This document shows, piece by piece, positions 23,604 through 32,548 of a DNA stretch of 34,012 bases (positions within the stretch are counted from its first letter, which is position 1; each line of letters starts with the position of its first letter). The stretch spans positions 1 through 34,012 of the IMG/VR virus record IMGVR_UViG_3300036982_000376; one strand, written 5' to 3'. The position numbers and the translations under genes were made by a program. Source of the stretch: a virus (lineage: Duplodnaviria; Caudoviricetes). The notes under the pieces are model-generated. The model had not been told where the DNA came from. It worked only from the letters and a program-made list of their open reading frames with translations, and ran no database searches.

Positions 23604-23876
23604 ATGAACTCCGTGCTTGGTTCTGCTGCGGATGCCTTCCACCCGTCCGATTCGGACTGGGTGGTTTCCATTCGCTTCCGAGACGGTCGCAGCGTGAACC
23701 GCAGGATCAACCCCGGCACGATCACGGAAGAGCAGGCGATCGGCTTTGCTCTTGCCGCCGAAGGCCGGCGGATGGAATCGGTCGAGTGGATGGCCGCGCG
23801 CCGCGCGTCCGACCGCACGATCCAGCTCAGCGGAGTGGACACATTCATCGAACGGATGCGGAGGCTACAGGCATGA
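23604..23876 (+). CDS. hypothetical protein between tail tube and chaperone
   Basis: Fills the gap; ATGA overlap with next gene. Confidence 0.6.
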   Translation: MNSVLGSAADAFHPSDSDWVVSIRFRDGRSVNRRINPGTITEEQAIGFALAAEGRRMESVEWMAARRASDRTIQLSGVDTFIERMRRLQA

Positions 23877-24283
23877 TTCGGATGAGCGAATGGACCGTGA
23901 ACGCGGGCGGCCAGGACTACCGCGCGAAGCCCCTGACCGTGCGCCAGCGCCTCGCGCTGTCGGACGACCTGTCCTCCGAGCGCGCGCGGGTCTCCGCGGA
24001 GGATGCCCGCCTTGCAGGCATGGACAAGGCGCAGACCGCCGAGTACATCGGCGAGGCGCGGCGGAAGGGTGCGATGACGAGCGCCCTGTTCCTCGACGCG
24101 TACAGCCTTCAAGGCGCGATCCGCATCCTCACGGTCGTGCTCGGCGGCGTCGACACGGCGCTCGAGTTCTCGGAGAAGGCCAATGTCCGCGAGATGACCC
24201 GCGTCTGCCTCGAGGCGCTCGGGATCGACACGGACCAGCTCGACGCCGAGAACGAGAAGCCAGCGCCATCGGGAAACGAGTAG
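23873..24283 (+). CDS. tail assembly chaperone (gpG-like)
   Basis: SD GGAGG, ATG 23873; ends at slippery site G GGA AAC GAG TAG. Confidence 0.75.
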   Translation: MIRMSEWTVNAGGQDYRAKPLTVRQRLALSDDLSSERARVSAEDARLAGMDKAQTAEYIGEARRKGAMTSALFLDAYSLQGAIRILTVVLGGVDTALEFSEKANVREMTRVCLEALGIDTDQLDAENEKPAPSGNE

Positions 24284-24474
24284 CGCCTCCGCGCGAGGAA
24301 CGCGACACGGTCGCGGAGGCGCACCTCATCGCCCGCGCAGCGCCAGGACTCGGTCATCCGTTCGACCTCTACTGCGCGGAGTTCGACGCCCATCTTCGGC
24401 TTGCGATCGACGGCCATTCGGGTCCGTCCGCTGATAGCGGCGGATGGATGCGCCGATATGTGGAACGGCGATGA
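24271..24474 (+). CDS. -1 frameshift extension of tail chaperone (gpGT-like)
   Basis: Heptamer GGGAAAC 24271-24277; -1 frame open to TGA 24474, which overlaps the tape-measure ATG. Confidence 0.75.
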   Translation, partial: GKRVAPPREERDTVAEAHLIARAAPGLGHPFDLYCAEFDAHLRLAIDGHSGPSADSGGWMRRYVERR

Positions 24475-25772
24475 ACGCAGGAAATCTATCAGTCTCCGTC
24501 GAAGCGGACATGAAGGCTCTCGAGGCGCAGTTTGCCGTCATCGAGAAGGGCTTCACCGAAAGCGGCAAGCGGGCGATGCATGCCTTCCAGAAGGCCACCG
24601 CCGAGCAGCCCCTGCCCGCCGACGACATGGTCGACAGGCTGTCGCGCGAGATCCGCGAGGCCGGCAAGGAGGCTGGGCAGGCGTTCGCGCGCGAGTTCGC
24701 CGCGGTGATGAAGCGCGTGCTGCCGAAGGCGGTCGAGGAGGTCGTGTCCACGACCGTTCCGAAGGCCATCGGCAAGGCGGTTGCCGCCGATGCGGCTGGC
24801 GACATCGCCAAGGGCGGCGAGAAGAGCGGCTTCAGCTTCGGCGATTCGTTCCAGAAGAAGACGCTCGGGATGATCCGCAACTTCGCGGGGCCGATGATCG
24901 CGTCGACGCTGGCGAACACGGTTGCCGACATCATCCGCTCGGACAAGTCGATGCCCGAGGCGATCCTCGACGGCATCAAGACGATTCCGTTCATCGGCGC
25001 GTTTGCAAACCTCGGACAGGCGATCTACGAGGCGACATTCGGAGCATCCGACAAGGCCGCGCAGGATTTGATCGACCAGCAGTCGGCGGCGCGCGCCGAC
25101 CGTCTTGCGGCGGTCGCGGAGCAGAACAAGGAAGAGCGCGCCGCCGCCGACCGCACGGGCGGGCTGATGCTGGAGCGCCGGCGGCTCGAGATCGAGCGCG
25201 AGTTCCAGGCCGTCAAGGCGCAGGGCGACGAGAAGGCGACCGCGCGCGCCGAGTTCCAGCGCCTCATGGACCAGCAGAACCTCGACCTCGAGCTTCGGCT
25301 CGCGCAGGGGATCGGCGATGCCGAACTAAACGCGCTCCTCAAGGTCAACGAGCAGAAGCAGCTTCTGCTTGAGGACGATCTTCTGCGGCGGCTCGACAAC
25401 ATCCGCAAGGAGAAGGAAGCCGAAGCCAAGCGGATCGCCGAGACGGCGGCGAAGAAGAAGGAAGCGGACGACAAGGCCGCAAAGGACGCCGCCGACAAGC
25501 TGAAGAAGGCCGCGGACGACGCCGTTCGCGAGGCGCAGCGCGTCGCCAAGGAACGCACGCGCTTCGAGGAGGAGCGGCTGAAGGACCTGCTTAAGGTCGA
25601 GGAAGACCGTATCGCCGCGCAGACCGCTGGACTCGGATCGCAGCAGACCGCGCTCGGGTCGTTCCGGTTCGATGCGTACCCGGCGACCGAGAAGAGGAAG
25701 AACGACGAGAAGATGGTGATGGCGCTCGAGAGGATCAGCAGCCGTCAGTTCGTCGCGGGAGGATTCACCTGA
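24471..25772 (+). CDS. tape measure protein (short, 433 aa)
   Basis: MNAGNLSVSVEADMKAL start, helical Ala/Glu/Lys-rich, follows G/GT chaperones. Confidence 0.8.
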   Translation: MNAGNLSVSVEADMKALEAQFAVIEKGFTESGKRAMHAFQKATAEQPLPADDMVDRLSREIREAGKEAGQAFAREFAAVMKRVLPKAVEEVVSTTVPKAIGKAVAADAAGDIAKGGEKSGFSFGDSFQKKTLGMIRNFAGPMIASTLANTVADIIRSDKSMPEAILDGIKTIPFIGAFANLGQAIYEATFGASDKAAQDLIDQQSAARADRLAAVAEQNKEERAAADRTGGLMLERRRLEIEREFQAVKAQGDEKATARAEFQRLMDQQNLDLELRLAQGIGDAELNALLKVNEQKQLLLEDDLLRRLDNIRKEKEAEAKRIAETAAKKKEADDKAAKDAADKLKKAADDAVREAQRVAKERTRFEEERLKDLLKVEEDRIAAQTAGLGSQQTALGSFRFDAYPATEKRKNDEKMVMALERISSRQFVAGGFT

Positions 25773-26602
25773 TGGCAGCGCAAGCGATCGAGCTTCAGGA
25801 GACGCGCGACTCGTCGGAGTCGGCTGGCAAGGTCACGGCCTCGCGCAAGTTCGCGATCTGGGACGAGGGTGGGTCGCAGATCGTCACGCCCGCCGAGGTC
25901 CGCGCGGTGTTCGGCACGACGGCGGGCTCGACCGCGGTCCCCGACATCGGCGACCTGTTCCCGGGCGAGACGGACATCTACGCGACCTCGTACTCGATCC
26001 AGCACGAACCCGCGAGCCGCGGCGTGTGGACCGTCACCTTCAACTACGAGAACACGGAACCCGGCCCGCTTCAGCCGCAGGAACCCGGCTACGCCCAGTT
26101 CTCCTTCGATTGGTCCTCCGAGTTCCGCGATGTGTGGCGCGTGAACCCCGGCCTGACCGTGCCGAACAACGGCAACGCGACGAACAACTCTCTCGCGGGC
26201 GGTCAGCCGATCGATGTCGCGGGCGAGCCGATGAGCGTCCTCCGCTACTTCGCGACGCTCGAGATCACCGAGACCGTGCTGCTCGGCACGCTCGACGCGC
26301 GCGCGGCGCTCATCATGTCGCTGCGCGGCACGCGGAACGCGGCGGTCTTCCGCGGCGGCGCGGTCGGCACGGTCATCTACAAGGGCGCGAAGGCGTCGCG
26401 CATCGGCCTCGACAAGGTTTCGATCACGCACTCATTCGCGCAGGACGACTGGTATCACATGATCCAGTTCCCGCAGAAGGGCGCGGACGGACGCGTCGTC
26501 CTCGAGCAGGTGCAGCCCGGCATCATGCACGCGCAGACGGTGTTCTGGCGTCAGCCGTTCCCGCTGCTTTCCGACTTCAACCTCCTGAGCGAGAACTTCT
26601 GA
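25772..26602 (+). CDS. tail tip/baseplate protein
   Basis: Position after tape measure; PDIGD.FPG, WTVTFNY, IDVAGEP. Confidence 0.65.
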   Translation: MAAQAIELQETRDSSESAGKVTASRKFAIWDEGGSQIVTPAEVRAVFGTTAGSTAVPDIGDLFPGETDIYATSYSIQHEPASRGVWTVTFNYENTEPGPLQPQEPGYAQFSFDWSSEFRDVWRVNPGLTVPNNGNATNNSLAGGQPIDVAGEPMSVLRYFATLEITETVLLGTLDARAALIMSLRGTRNAAVFRGGAVGTVIYKGAKASRIGLDKVSITHSFAQDDWYHMIQFPQKGADGRVVLEQVQPGIMHAQTVFWRQPFPLLSDFNLLSENF

Positions 26603-26603
26603 C

Positions 26604-26966
26604 ATGGCGAACGAGATCACGATCAACCTCAAGATGTCCGTGGCGAACGGGTTCCTGACGCAGCGCATGGACCCGGGCACGCTGTTCGCCGACATGAGCG
26701 GCACGGCTGCGGCTGGCGGCGCGCAGGACATCGGGACGAGCGGCGAGGCGATCGATGTCGGCGATGTCGCGACCGCCGGCTACGCGTTCTTCCGCAACTG
26801 CGGGCCGACGAACTTCGTGGAACTCGGAACGGGCACGACGACCTTCGTCGCGTTCGCGAAGCTGAAGGCGGGCGAGGCCGGGGTCTTCCGCCTCGGCACG
26901 AACGCGCCGACCGCGCGCGCGAACACCGCCGCCGTGAAGCTTCAGTACCTCATCCTCGCGGACTGA
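26604..26966 (+). CDS. minor tail/structural protein
   Basis: GYAFFRN.GPTNFVELG...KLKAGE small beta sandwich. Confidence 0.65.
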   Translation: MANEITINLKMSVANGFLTQRMDPGTLFADMSGTAAAGGAQDIGTSGEAIDVGDVATAGYAFFRNCGPTNFVELGTGTTTFVAFAKLKAGEAGVFRLGTNAPTARANTAAVKLQYLILAD

Positions 26967-26969
26967 ACG

Positions 26970-27677
26970 ATGGCCGACCTACCGCGCTTCACGCAGGGCA
27001 ACTTCGGAAACCTCCAGTGGCATCACCTCAACCAGGTGTTCGATGTCATCGAGCGTTCGCCCGTTCCGATGGAGCGGAAGCGCGACCCGCAGGAATCGTC
27101 GTTCGTCTACGCGGTGCTGACGGGCGAGCAGGTGACCGCGCAGCAGCAGCGGCGCTACTCATGGCGCGAGATCGAGCGCAACCCGACGACCGGGGGGTTC
27201 GCGGAGCGCGAAGGCGGTCGGACCTCGGGCACGGATGCAAGCCCGTTCCTCATCCCCGCCATCGCGATCAGCGGGACCGAGGCATATCAGGTCGGCGACC
27301 TCGCCCTGCTGCGCCTCGAGAGCTTTCCGGACGGACAGAGGTTCGCGCTCGTCGTCAAGCCTACCGGTTCGGATGTGAAGATGTTCCGCATCACGGGCGC
27401 GACCTCGATCGGCGCGGGCCGATGGAAGTACACGGGCCTGCTCGTCGGCATCGAGCTCGACGCGTGGGTCGCGCGCGGAACGGAGCCGTACACGCTCTAC
27501 AACGGCTGCGAGAACGCCGTGGATTCGGGCAACATCATCGGCGTCGGCACGGTGAAGCCGAACAGCGCGAGCGCCGTGCGTCAGCCGATCAGGAACGAGA
27601 CGGTCGTGCAGGCCGTCTATGTGAACTTCGGCTGGTGCTTCTCCGTCCCGAACGGCTACTCATTCGCGTGCGCCTGA
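26970..27677 (+). CDS. minor tail protein
   Basis: Co-oriented, high GC3, ends FSVPNGYSFACA. Confidence 0.65.
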   Translation: MADLPRFTQGNFGNLQWHHLNQVFDVIERSPVPMERKRDPQESSFVYAVLTGEQVTAQQQRRYSWREIERNPTTGGFAEREGGRTSGTDASPFLIPAIAISGTEAYQVGDLALLRLESFPDGQRFALVVKPTGSDVKMFRITGATSIGAGRWKYTGLLVGIELDAWVARGTEPYTLYNGCENAVDSGNIIGVGTVKPNSASAVRQPIRNETVVQAVYVNFGWCFSVPNGYSFACA

Positions 27678-27678
27678 C

Positions 27679-28038
27679 ATGACCTCGCTTCCATCCAACT
27701 ACGCCGACTACCGCTCGTCCCCGACCCGCCGACTCGTCGCCACGCTCGTCAAGGCAAGCGAGCACCATGTCTACGAGTGCCCGGCGTCGATGAGCTGCAC
27801 GATCCTATCGCTGTGGATCGCGTCGACGCACAGCGGCGCGGTGCTGATCCGCGTGCATCACTGCCGCGCGGGCGAGACTCCCGCGCTGTCGAACTCGCTG
27901 CTGTACGACTCCTCGATCGCGGCGAAGACGACCACGGTCTACGACGCGCCGATCGTGATGAGCGGCGGCGACCGCATCTTCCTGCGCGCGGACAGCGCGG
28001 ACAAGCTCTGCGTGACGCTGTACGGGGCCGAGTCGTGA
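27679..28038 (+). CDS. minor structural protein (jelly-roll-like)
   Basis: VYECPAS...NSLLYDSSIAA...IVMSGGDRIFLRA...VTLYGAE. Confidence 0.65.
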   Translation: MTSLPSNYADYRSSPTRRLVATLVKASEHHVYECPASMSCTILSLWIASTHSGAVLIRVHHCRAGETPALSNSLLYDSSIAAKTTTVYDAPIVMSGGDRIFLRADSADKLCVTLYGAES

Positions 28039-28796
28039 CGGTAGACGCGGCGGTCCTGTGCTGCTGCGGCGGTCCAGAGCTCGATTGCTGCGCCCTGACC
28101 TCGGTGGTCATGCAGATACCGTCGATCGCGATGAACTTCGACTTCACCTACCAATGGGTCGACGGAAAGACCTACCGCAGGTTCACGACGAGCGGTCCGC
28201 TTGACGGCAACGGCGCGTATGTGCAGGCCGGGTTCGGACTCACATCGAACCTGCTTGCTCCGATCGTCCTTCCTCGCAGAGGCGCTGGAACGATAGACGC
28301 AACCTTCGGAACGCTCGAGCGCTGTGGATACAGAGAGTTCCGTTTCGTGCAGGGTCCGGCCTACCACGGCTGGACGGGCGGCGTCGTGACGGTAGAGAGC
28401 GGTCTGCCGGCGACTCCAAGCAACAGCCTTGTCTGGGACGGACGGGCGATCCCGATCGGTCAGTCGAGCGCGAATGTCTCCTACTACATCCGCCCGTTCC
28501 GTCAGAACGGATGGAATGAGACGGACGCTCCGTGGGCGTTTGAGGCGGGCATCGTGTGCGGCGGCATCACCGCTGGTCTTGTGCAGACATGGCCGCAGAA
28601 CGGCTGTCCGATCGGAGGAAACTGGTCGACCGCGGACTACGAGGGAGGCTCCACCTACTACCGCGGCAAGGTTCGCAGTTCGGGGAGCATCTACGGATCG
28701 CTATCGCAACTCACGGCTCCGACATGGAATCAGCAGCAGGCCGCGCTGTTTGCCGCCTCCTATCCCGAAGTCGCCTTCCCGATCACGGTGACATGA
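28035..28796 (+). CDS. Cys-rich-N-terminus protein, candidate receptor-binding protein
   Basis: GTGA overlap; AAVLCCCGGPELDCC; more A/T-ending codons than neighbours. Confidence 0.6.
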   Translation: MTVDAAVLCCCGGPELDCCALTSVVMQIPSIAMNFDFTYQWVDGKTYRRFTTSGPLDGNGAYVQAGFGLTSNLLAPIVLPRRGAGTIDATFGTLERCGYREFRFVQGPAYHGWTGGVVTVESGLPATPSNSLVWDGRAIPIGQSSANVSYYIRPFRQNGWNETDAPWAFEAGIVCGGITAGLVQTWPQNGCPIGGNWSTADYEGGSTYYRGKVRSSGSIYGSLSQLTAPTWNQQQAALFAASYPEVAFPITVT

Positions 28797-29044
28797 CCTG
28801 CAAGAACCTGACCAACGAAGGACGATGCGGAATCGGGCTGCACGGAGGCACGCCTTCCGCGGGCGTCTGCGCCCTGTGCGATTCCTACGATGGGCCGATG
28901 CGCGGCCTCGGCGATGCGATTGACGCCGCGACAACGCTGCTACGAATCAAGCAGATCGTCGGTGACTGCGGAGGCTGCGCGCAAAGACGCGCCGACCTCA
29001 ACGCAGCCGTCCCGTTTGACGATGGAAGCACCAAGGAACCCTGA
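28793..29044 (+). CDS. small Cys-rich protein (GLGD...CGGC..RR..LN)
   Basis: ATGA overlap; six Cys including CALC and CGGC. Confidence 0.7.
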   Translation: MTCKNLTNEGRCGIGLHGGTPSAGVCALCDSYDGPMRGLGDAIDAATTLLRIKQIVGDCGGCAQRRADLNAAVPFDDGSTKEP

Positions 29045-29047
29045 CGC

Positions 29048-30439
29048 ATGGCACTCACATACGACGGATCCGGCGGACTCTTCACTCGCGTCGGCGGCCT
29101 CATCTACATGATGGACGCCGTGCGCACGCATCAGGCGAACCTCAAGACGCTCCTCGCTGGCGTGCAGGCGAAGTACTCGAGCACCGACGCATGGATGATC
29201 GACCAGCTCTCGGGCAGCATCGAGGGGCGCATCGAGGAGGCGGGCGGCATCCTCGCCGACATCCGCGCCGCCGCGGAGAAGACCATCGTTGAGATGTGCT
29301 GGGCAGAGGCGAACGGCACGGGCGCAAAGCAGACGATGCGTTCCAAGTCGATCAACGACGCGATCGTGTGGCTCATCCGCGAGATGAGAAACGACTCCGA
29401 GACCGTCGACGCCAGCTCGATCACGAAATCGAGCACGACCTTCGGCGCGTCGAATGTCGCGGTCGGCGCGAAGTTCGTCTGGGCGACCAAGACGGCGAAC
29501 GCGCTCCTCGGCGGCATGACCGACTACGAGAACATCCGGAGCGAGGTGCTCGAGGCCCGCTGCGTCCTCGACTCCGCAAGCGGGGCCGTCAACCCCGGCA
29601 GCGAGATCATCGAGGTGAAGGGCCAGGTCTCGTACCCGTCGCTCGACTACCGATTCCCCGCCGGCAGCGGGACCGTCACGCGCCTCACGACGGTCTGCGC
29701 GTCGGTCGACGCGGGTCCGCAGTACCAGAACATCCTGACGAACTCCGACCTCGAGGACCAGACGAGCAACCTGCCCGAGCAGTGGACGATCGTGACAGGC
29801 ACGGCGGGCACGCACTTCGCGACCGAGACGGGCGCGTCGAACCTGTTCCGCGGCTCGAAGTCGCTGAAGCTGATCCACGGCACGGGCACGCTGTTCAACA
29901 TCCGCCAGCAGTTCGGAAGCGCGAGCGGAACCTACGGGCGGCTGACGCCCGATCGCCCGTATGTGATCGCGTTCGCCATCAAGACGGACGCGTCGTGCGC
30001 GGGCGTCATTCGCCTGTCGCTCAAGGACTCGAGCGGCAACATCCTCGACTCGGGCAACGCGGCGACCTCGTATACCATGAGCGCATCGCTCCCGTACACG
30101 GTGCAGACGGCGACATTCCGCGCGCCGATCAATGTGCCGACCGCGGTGTACTTCCACCTCGAGTCGACCACGACCGTCAGCGGCGGCTCGGCCTACATCG
30201 ATGAGATCATCCTTGCGGAACTCACGCCGATCGCGCCGGGCGGGCAGCAGATCGCGATGATCGCGGGATCGACCGACTTCCGCGTCGACGACCTCGGTCG
30301 GTTCTACTTCACGAACGACTTCGAGGGCAAGGTGCAGGGCGGATTCGACCGTTTGTTCCGCATGTACGACAGCGGCCTGCAACTGCCGTCGAACACGGTC
30401 GGGACAGAGACGATCGCCGACAGCGTCATCGCCTCATGA
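29048..30439 (+). CDS. structural protein with possible carbohydrate-binding-module-like domain
   Basis: NILTNSDLED...W...GSKSLKL...YIDEI resembles a CBM4/9-type jelly roll. Confidence 0.7.
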   Translation: MALTYDGSGGLFTRVGGLIYMMDAVRTHQANLKTLLAGVQAKYSSTDAWMIDQLSGSIEGRIEEAGGILADIRAAAEKTIVEMCWAEANGTGAKQTMRSKSINDAIVWLIREMRNDSETVDASSITKSSTTFGASNVAVGAKFVWATKTANALLGGMTDYENIRSEVLEARCVLDSASGAVNPGSEIIEVKGQVSYPSLDYRFPAGSGTVTRLTTVCASVDAGPQYQNILTNSDLEDQTSNLPEQWTIVTGTAGTHFATETGASNLFRGSKSLKLIHGTGTLFNIRQQFGSASGTYGRLTPDRPYVIAFAIKTDASCAGVIRLSLKDSSGNILDSGNAATSYTMSASLPYTVQTATFRAPINVPTAVYFHLESTTTVSGGSAYIDEIILAELTPIAPGGQQIAMIAGSTDFRVDDLGRFYFTNDFEGKVQGGFDRLFRMYDSGLQLPSNTVGTETIADSVIAS

Positions 30440-30683
30440 GGTGCGTAATGATCGTGCCGCGCGCCTGCGCGACGAGGTCGCGCGTCTGATCGTCTTCGCA
30501 GAGGTCGAGCGCGATCGTGTAGAGGTCGAGCGATTCCCACGACACCTCGTCTATGGCTCGGCATCGCGCCGCGTCGCGGCGGATGTTCGCGCGCTGGATG
30601 TGCGCAAGGGTCGTGGCGACATGGACGCGGACGCGCCGCGCGCGCAGTTTGCTCGGAACCTGTTCGGGTGATCCGTCCTGCAT
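30426..30683 (-). CDS. hypothetical protein; only credible minus-strand gene
   Basis: MQDGSPEQVPSKL...THLMRR with strongly G/C third positions on the minus strand; start uncertain. Confidence 0.6.
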   Translation of the reverse strand: MQDGSPEQVPSKLRARRVRVHVATTLAHIQRANIRRDAARCRAIDEVSWESLDLYTIALDLCEDDQTRDLVAQARGTIITHLMRR

Positions 30684-30764
30684 CCGTGCGGCACGATAAC
30701 GCGTTTTTCGCGAAATGCGGTGAAAAAGTTCAGCATTCGCCGCAAGGCGTCGATAGACTGTCGC

Positions 30765-30783
30765 ATCGGACAAAATGTCCGAT
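30765..30783. promoter_or_regulatory. perfect inverted repeat, operator-like
   Basis: ATCGGACA-AAA-TGTCCGAT just downstream of a TAGACT -10-like hexamer in a divergent intergenic region. Confidence 0.6.
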
Positions 30784-30817
30784 CCGCGCATGATGCGCGG
30801 CAAACAGGAGACAGCAC

Positions 30818-30916
30818 ATGCCAGAGTTCGATCTGAGTCCGCTCGTCGTGGTCGCCGTCATCGGCGCGCCGGTCCTTCTCGCATTCGTGTTCGGTCAGGG
30901 GGTGAGCGATGAATGA
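30818..30916 (+). CDS. 32-aa membrane peptide (absent from ORF track)
   Basis: SD AGGAG; MPEFDLSPLVVVAVIGAPVLLAFVFGQGVSDE*; overlaps next start. Confidence 0.6.
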   Translation: MPEFDLSPLVVVAVIGAPVLLAFVFGQGVSDE

Positions 30917-31886
30917 ACTCGCAACCACGAACGGTCAGCTCGACCCGATGACGATCGCGAAGGTGTTCCGCGCGAGCGGGATGTTCCCCGACATCCAGTC
31001 GGAGGCGGCTGCGGCCACGAAGATCATCATCGGTCGCGGCCTCGGCCTGACCGACTACGACGCGATGAGCGGGCTGCACATCATCAAGGGCAAGGCGGTC
31101 CTTGCGGCGAACCTGATGGCCGCCGCGATCAAGCGCGCCGGGAAGTACGACTACCGCGCGATGGTGACGGACGACGAGGCGCGCATCGAGTTCCGTCAGC
31201 GCACCCACGACGGCAAGTGGGAGACGATCGGGATCACCTCCTTCACGATGGAGGACGCGAAGCGCGCGGGCCTTGGCGGCGACAACTGGCGCAAGTACCC
31301 GAAGGCGATGCTCTTCGCGCGGGCCATCTCGAGCGGCTACAAGGCGCACTGCCCCGACGCTCTCGGCGCGGCCCCCGTCTATGTGGAGGCGCACGGCGAG
31401 ACGGAGATCCCGGACGACGCGCCAGCGAAGCCCGCCGCGCCCGCGAAGCAGATGACCCGCGAGGAGCGCCGCGCCGACACCGAGGCGCTGCTGTCGCCGA
31501 CCCCGAAGGCTCTGCCGGCGGCGGCGGATACGGTTGTTCTTGAGAAGCGATATCTCGCCAAGGCTTCAAGCGGCAGCGTTTCCCATGCTCTCGCCAGCGA
31601 CCTTGGCGGCGAGATCCCGATCGACGGCGGGTCCGACCGCGTCGCGATCGAGCCGCCGAACAGCGTGACGCTCACGCCGAAGTCCACGAAGATCGCGAAG
31701 ATTGCAAACAGCGCGTGGTGGCGCGTCGATGTCGACCACGACGAGAAGCCGTTCGCGGTCAATGAGACGGCGATCGCGGACGCCATCGAGGCGTCGCTCG
31801 CGTTCAACGCGACCGTGCTGGCGTTCTACGAGATGGCTGGAACGAAGCGCGTCATCGTGAAGCTCGAGGAGGTGGGGCATGGGTAG
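30909..31886 (+). CDS. RecT/Redbeta-like single-strand annealing protein
   Basis: GLHIIKGK, FTMEDAKRAGL, NWRKYPKAMLFARAIS, CPDALG. Confidence 0.8.
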   Translation: MNELATTNGQLDPMTIAKVFRASGMFPDIQSEAAAATKIIIGRGLGLTDYDAMSGLHIIKGKAVLAANLMAAAIKRAGKYDYRAMVTDDEARIEFRQRTHDGKWETIGITSFTMEDAKRAGLGGDNWRKYPKAMLFARAISSGYKAHCPDALGAAPVYVEAHGETEIPDDAPAKPAAPAKQMTREERRADTEALLSPTPKALPAAADTVVLEKRYLAKASSGSVSHALASDLGGEIPIDGGSDRVAIEPPNSVTLTPKSTKIAKIANSAWWRVDVDHDEKPFAVNETAIADAIEASLAFNATVLAFYEMAGTKRVIVKLEEVGHG

Positions 31887-32244
31887 GCTTCAAGAGCCAG
31901 GGTCCGAGGCGATCCGCGGTCAGCTCGCGATCGTCGCGGAAGACCCCGCCGTCTTCAAGCCGCACAGCCTGTACGAGTCGCTCAAGGTCGCGCGCATCAT
32001 CCGCGACGACGAGGAGAACTCGCCCGAGATCCGCCGTCTGGTCGAGGTCGGCATCGTCCTCGACCTCATGCCGGGGCATCTGAGGCCGCGCCGCGACCGC
32101 ATGGCGCGCGCGCTCGGGTGCAGCGTCAGGACTCTTCTTCGCCGCGAGATCGAGTGGGAAGGCGTCGACCCGATGATTCGGTTCGGCCTTGTGCGCCGCG
32201 CCGCGCGGCTGATCGTGGCGATAAGGGCGGCAGACAGATCCTGA
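31879..32244 (+). CDS. helix-turn-helix protein
   Basis: RRDRMARALGCSVRTLLRR; SD GGAGG. Confidence 0.7.
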   Translation: MGRLQEPGSEAIRGQLAIVAEDPAVFKPHSLYESLKVARIIRDDEENSPEIRRLVEVGIVLDLMPGHLRPRRDRMARALGCSVRTLLRREIEWEGVDPMIRFGLVRRAARLIVAIRAADRS

Positions 32245-32351
32245 GTCAGCCATTCGCGCTCGCGCCGTCGCGGTCCTCCCCTGCCGCGACGGCGCTGTTT
32301 TTCCGATCCTGCAAAATTGCAGAATCTTGGAAATCGACCCAGTTTCCCCCC

Positions 32352-32381
32352 TTGACAGGCGCGGCCCTTCCCCCCTAAAAC
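32352..32381 (+). promoter_or_regulatory. putative sigma70 promoter
   Basis: Perfect -35 TTGACA, 18 bp, TAAAAC; upstream IR CTGCAA-AA-TTGCAG at 32309-32322. Confidence 0.55.
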
Positions 32382-32548
32382 CCCCCAACCACAACAAGTG
32401 GTAGTAACGCTGTTCGCGTGTCCCGTCGAGGTTCCAACGCACAGCGACTCCAGATATATATAAATGCGTTCGTATCGCTTTCCGAAAGGAGCGATACGGA
32501 TGCGTATCGCAGTTGTAGGCGCACGACGCGCCGAAAAGGAGCAAGCAC

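Noticed and set aside
30441-30671. + strand 76-aa ORF after the last tail gene
   Set aside because: Mirror of the minus-strand ORF, which shows the more protein-like composition; kept only as an alternative.
31868-31881. GGAGGTGGGGCATG as a seventh junction linker
   Set aside because: It shares only the SD-like core, lacks GCGCGTGA and the GGGA-stop frame, and is explained by anti-SD complementarity.
32118-32378. ORF as a replication initiator fragment
   Set aside because: It overlaps the HTH gene out of frame, has no SD or recognisable motif, and the region is better explained as promoter/origin.
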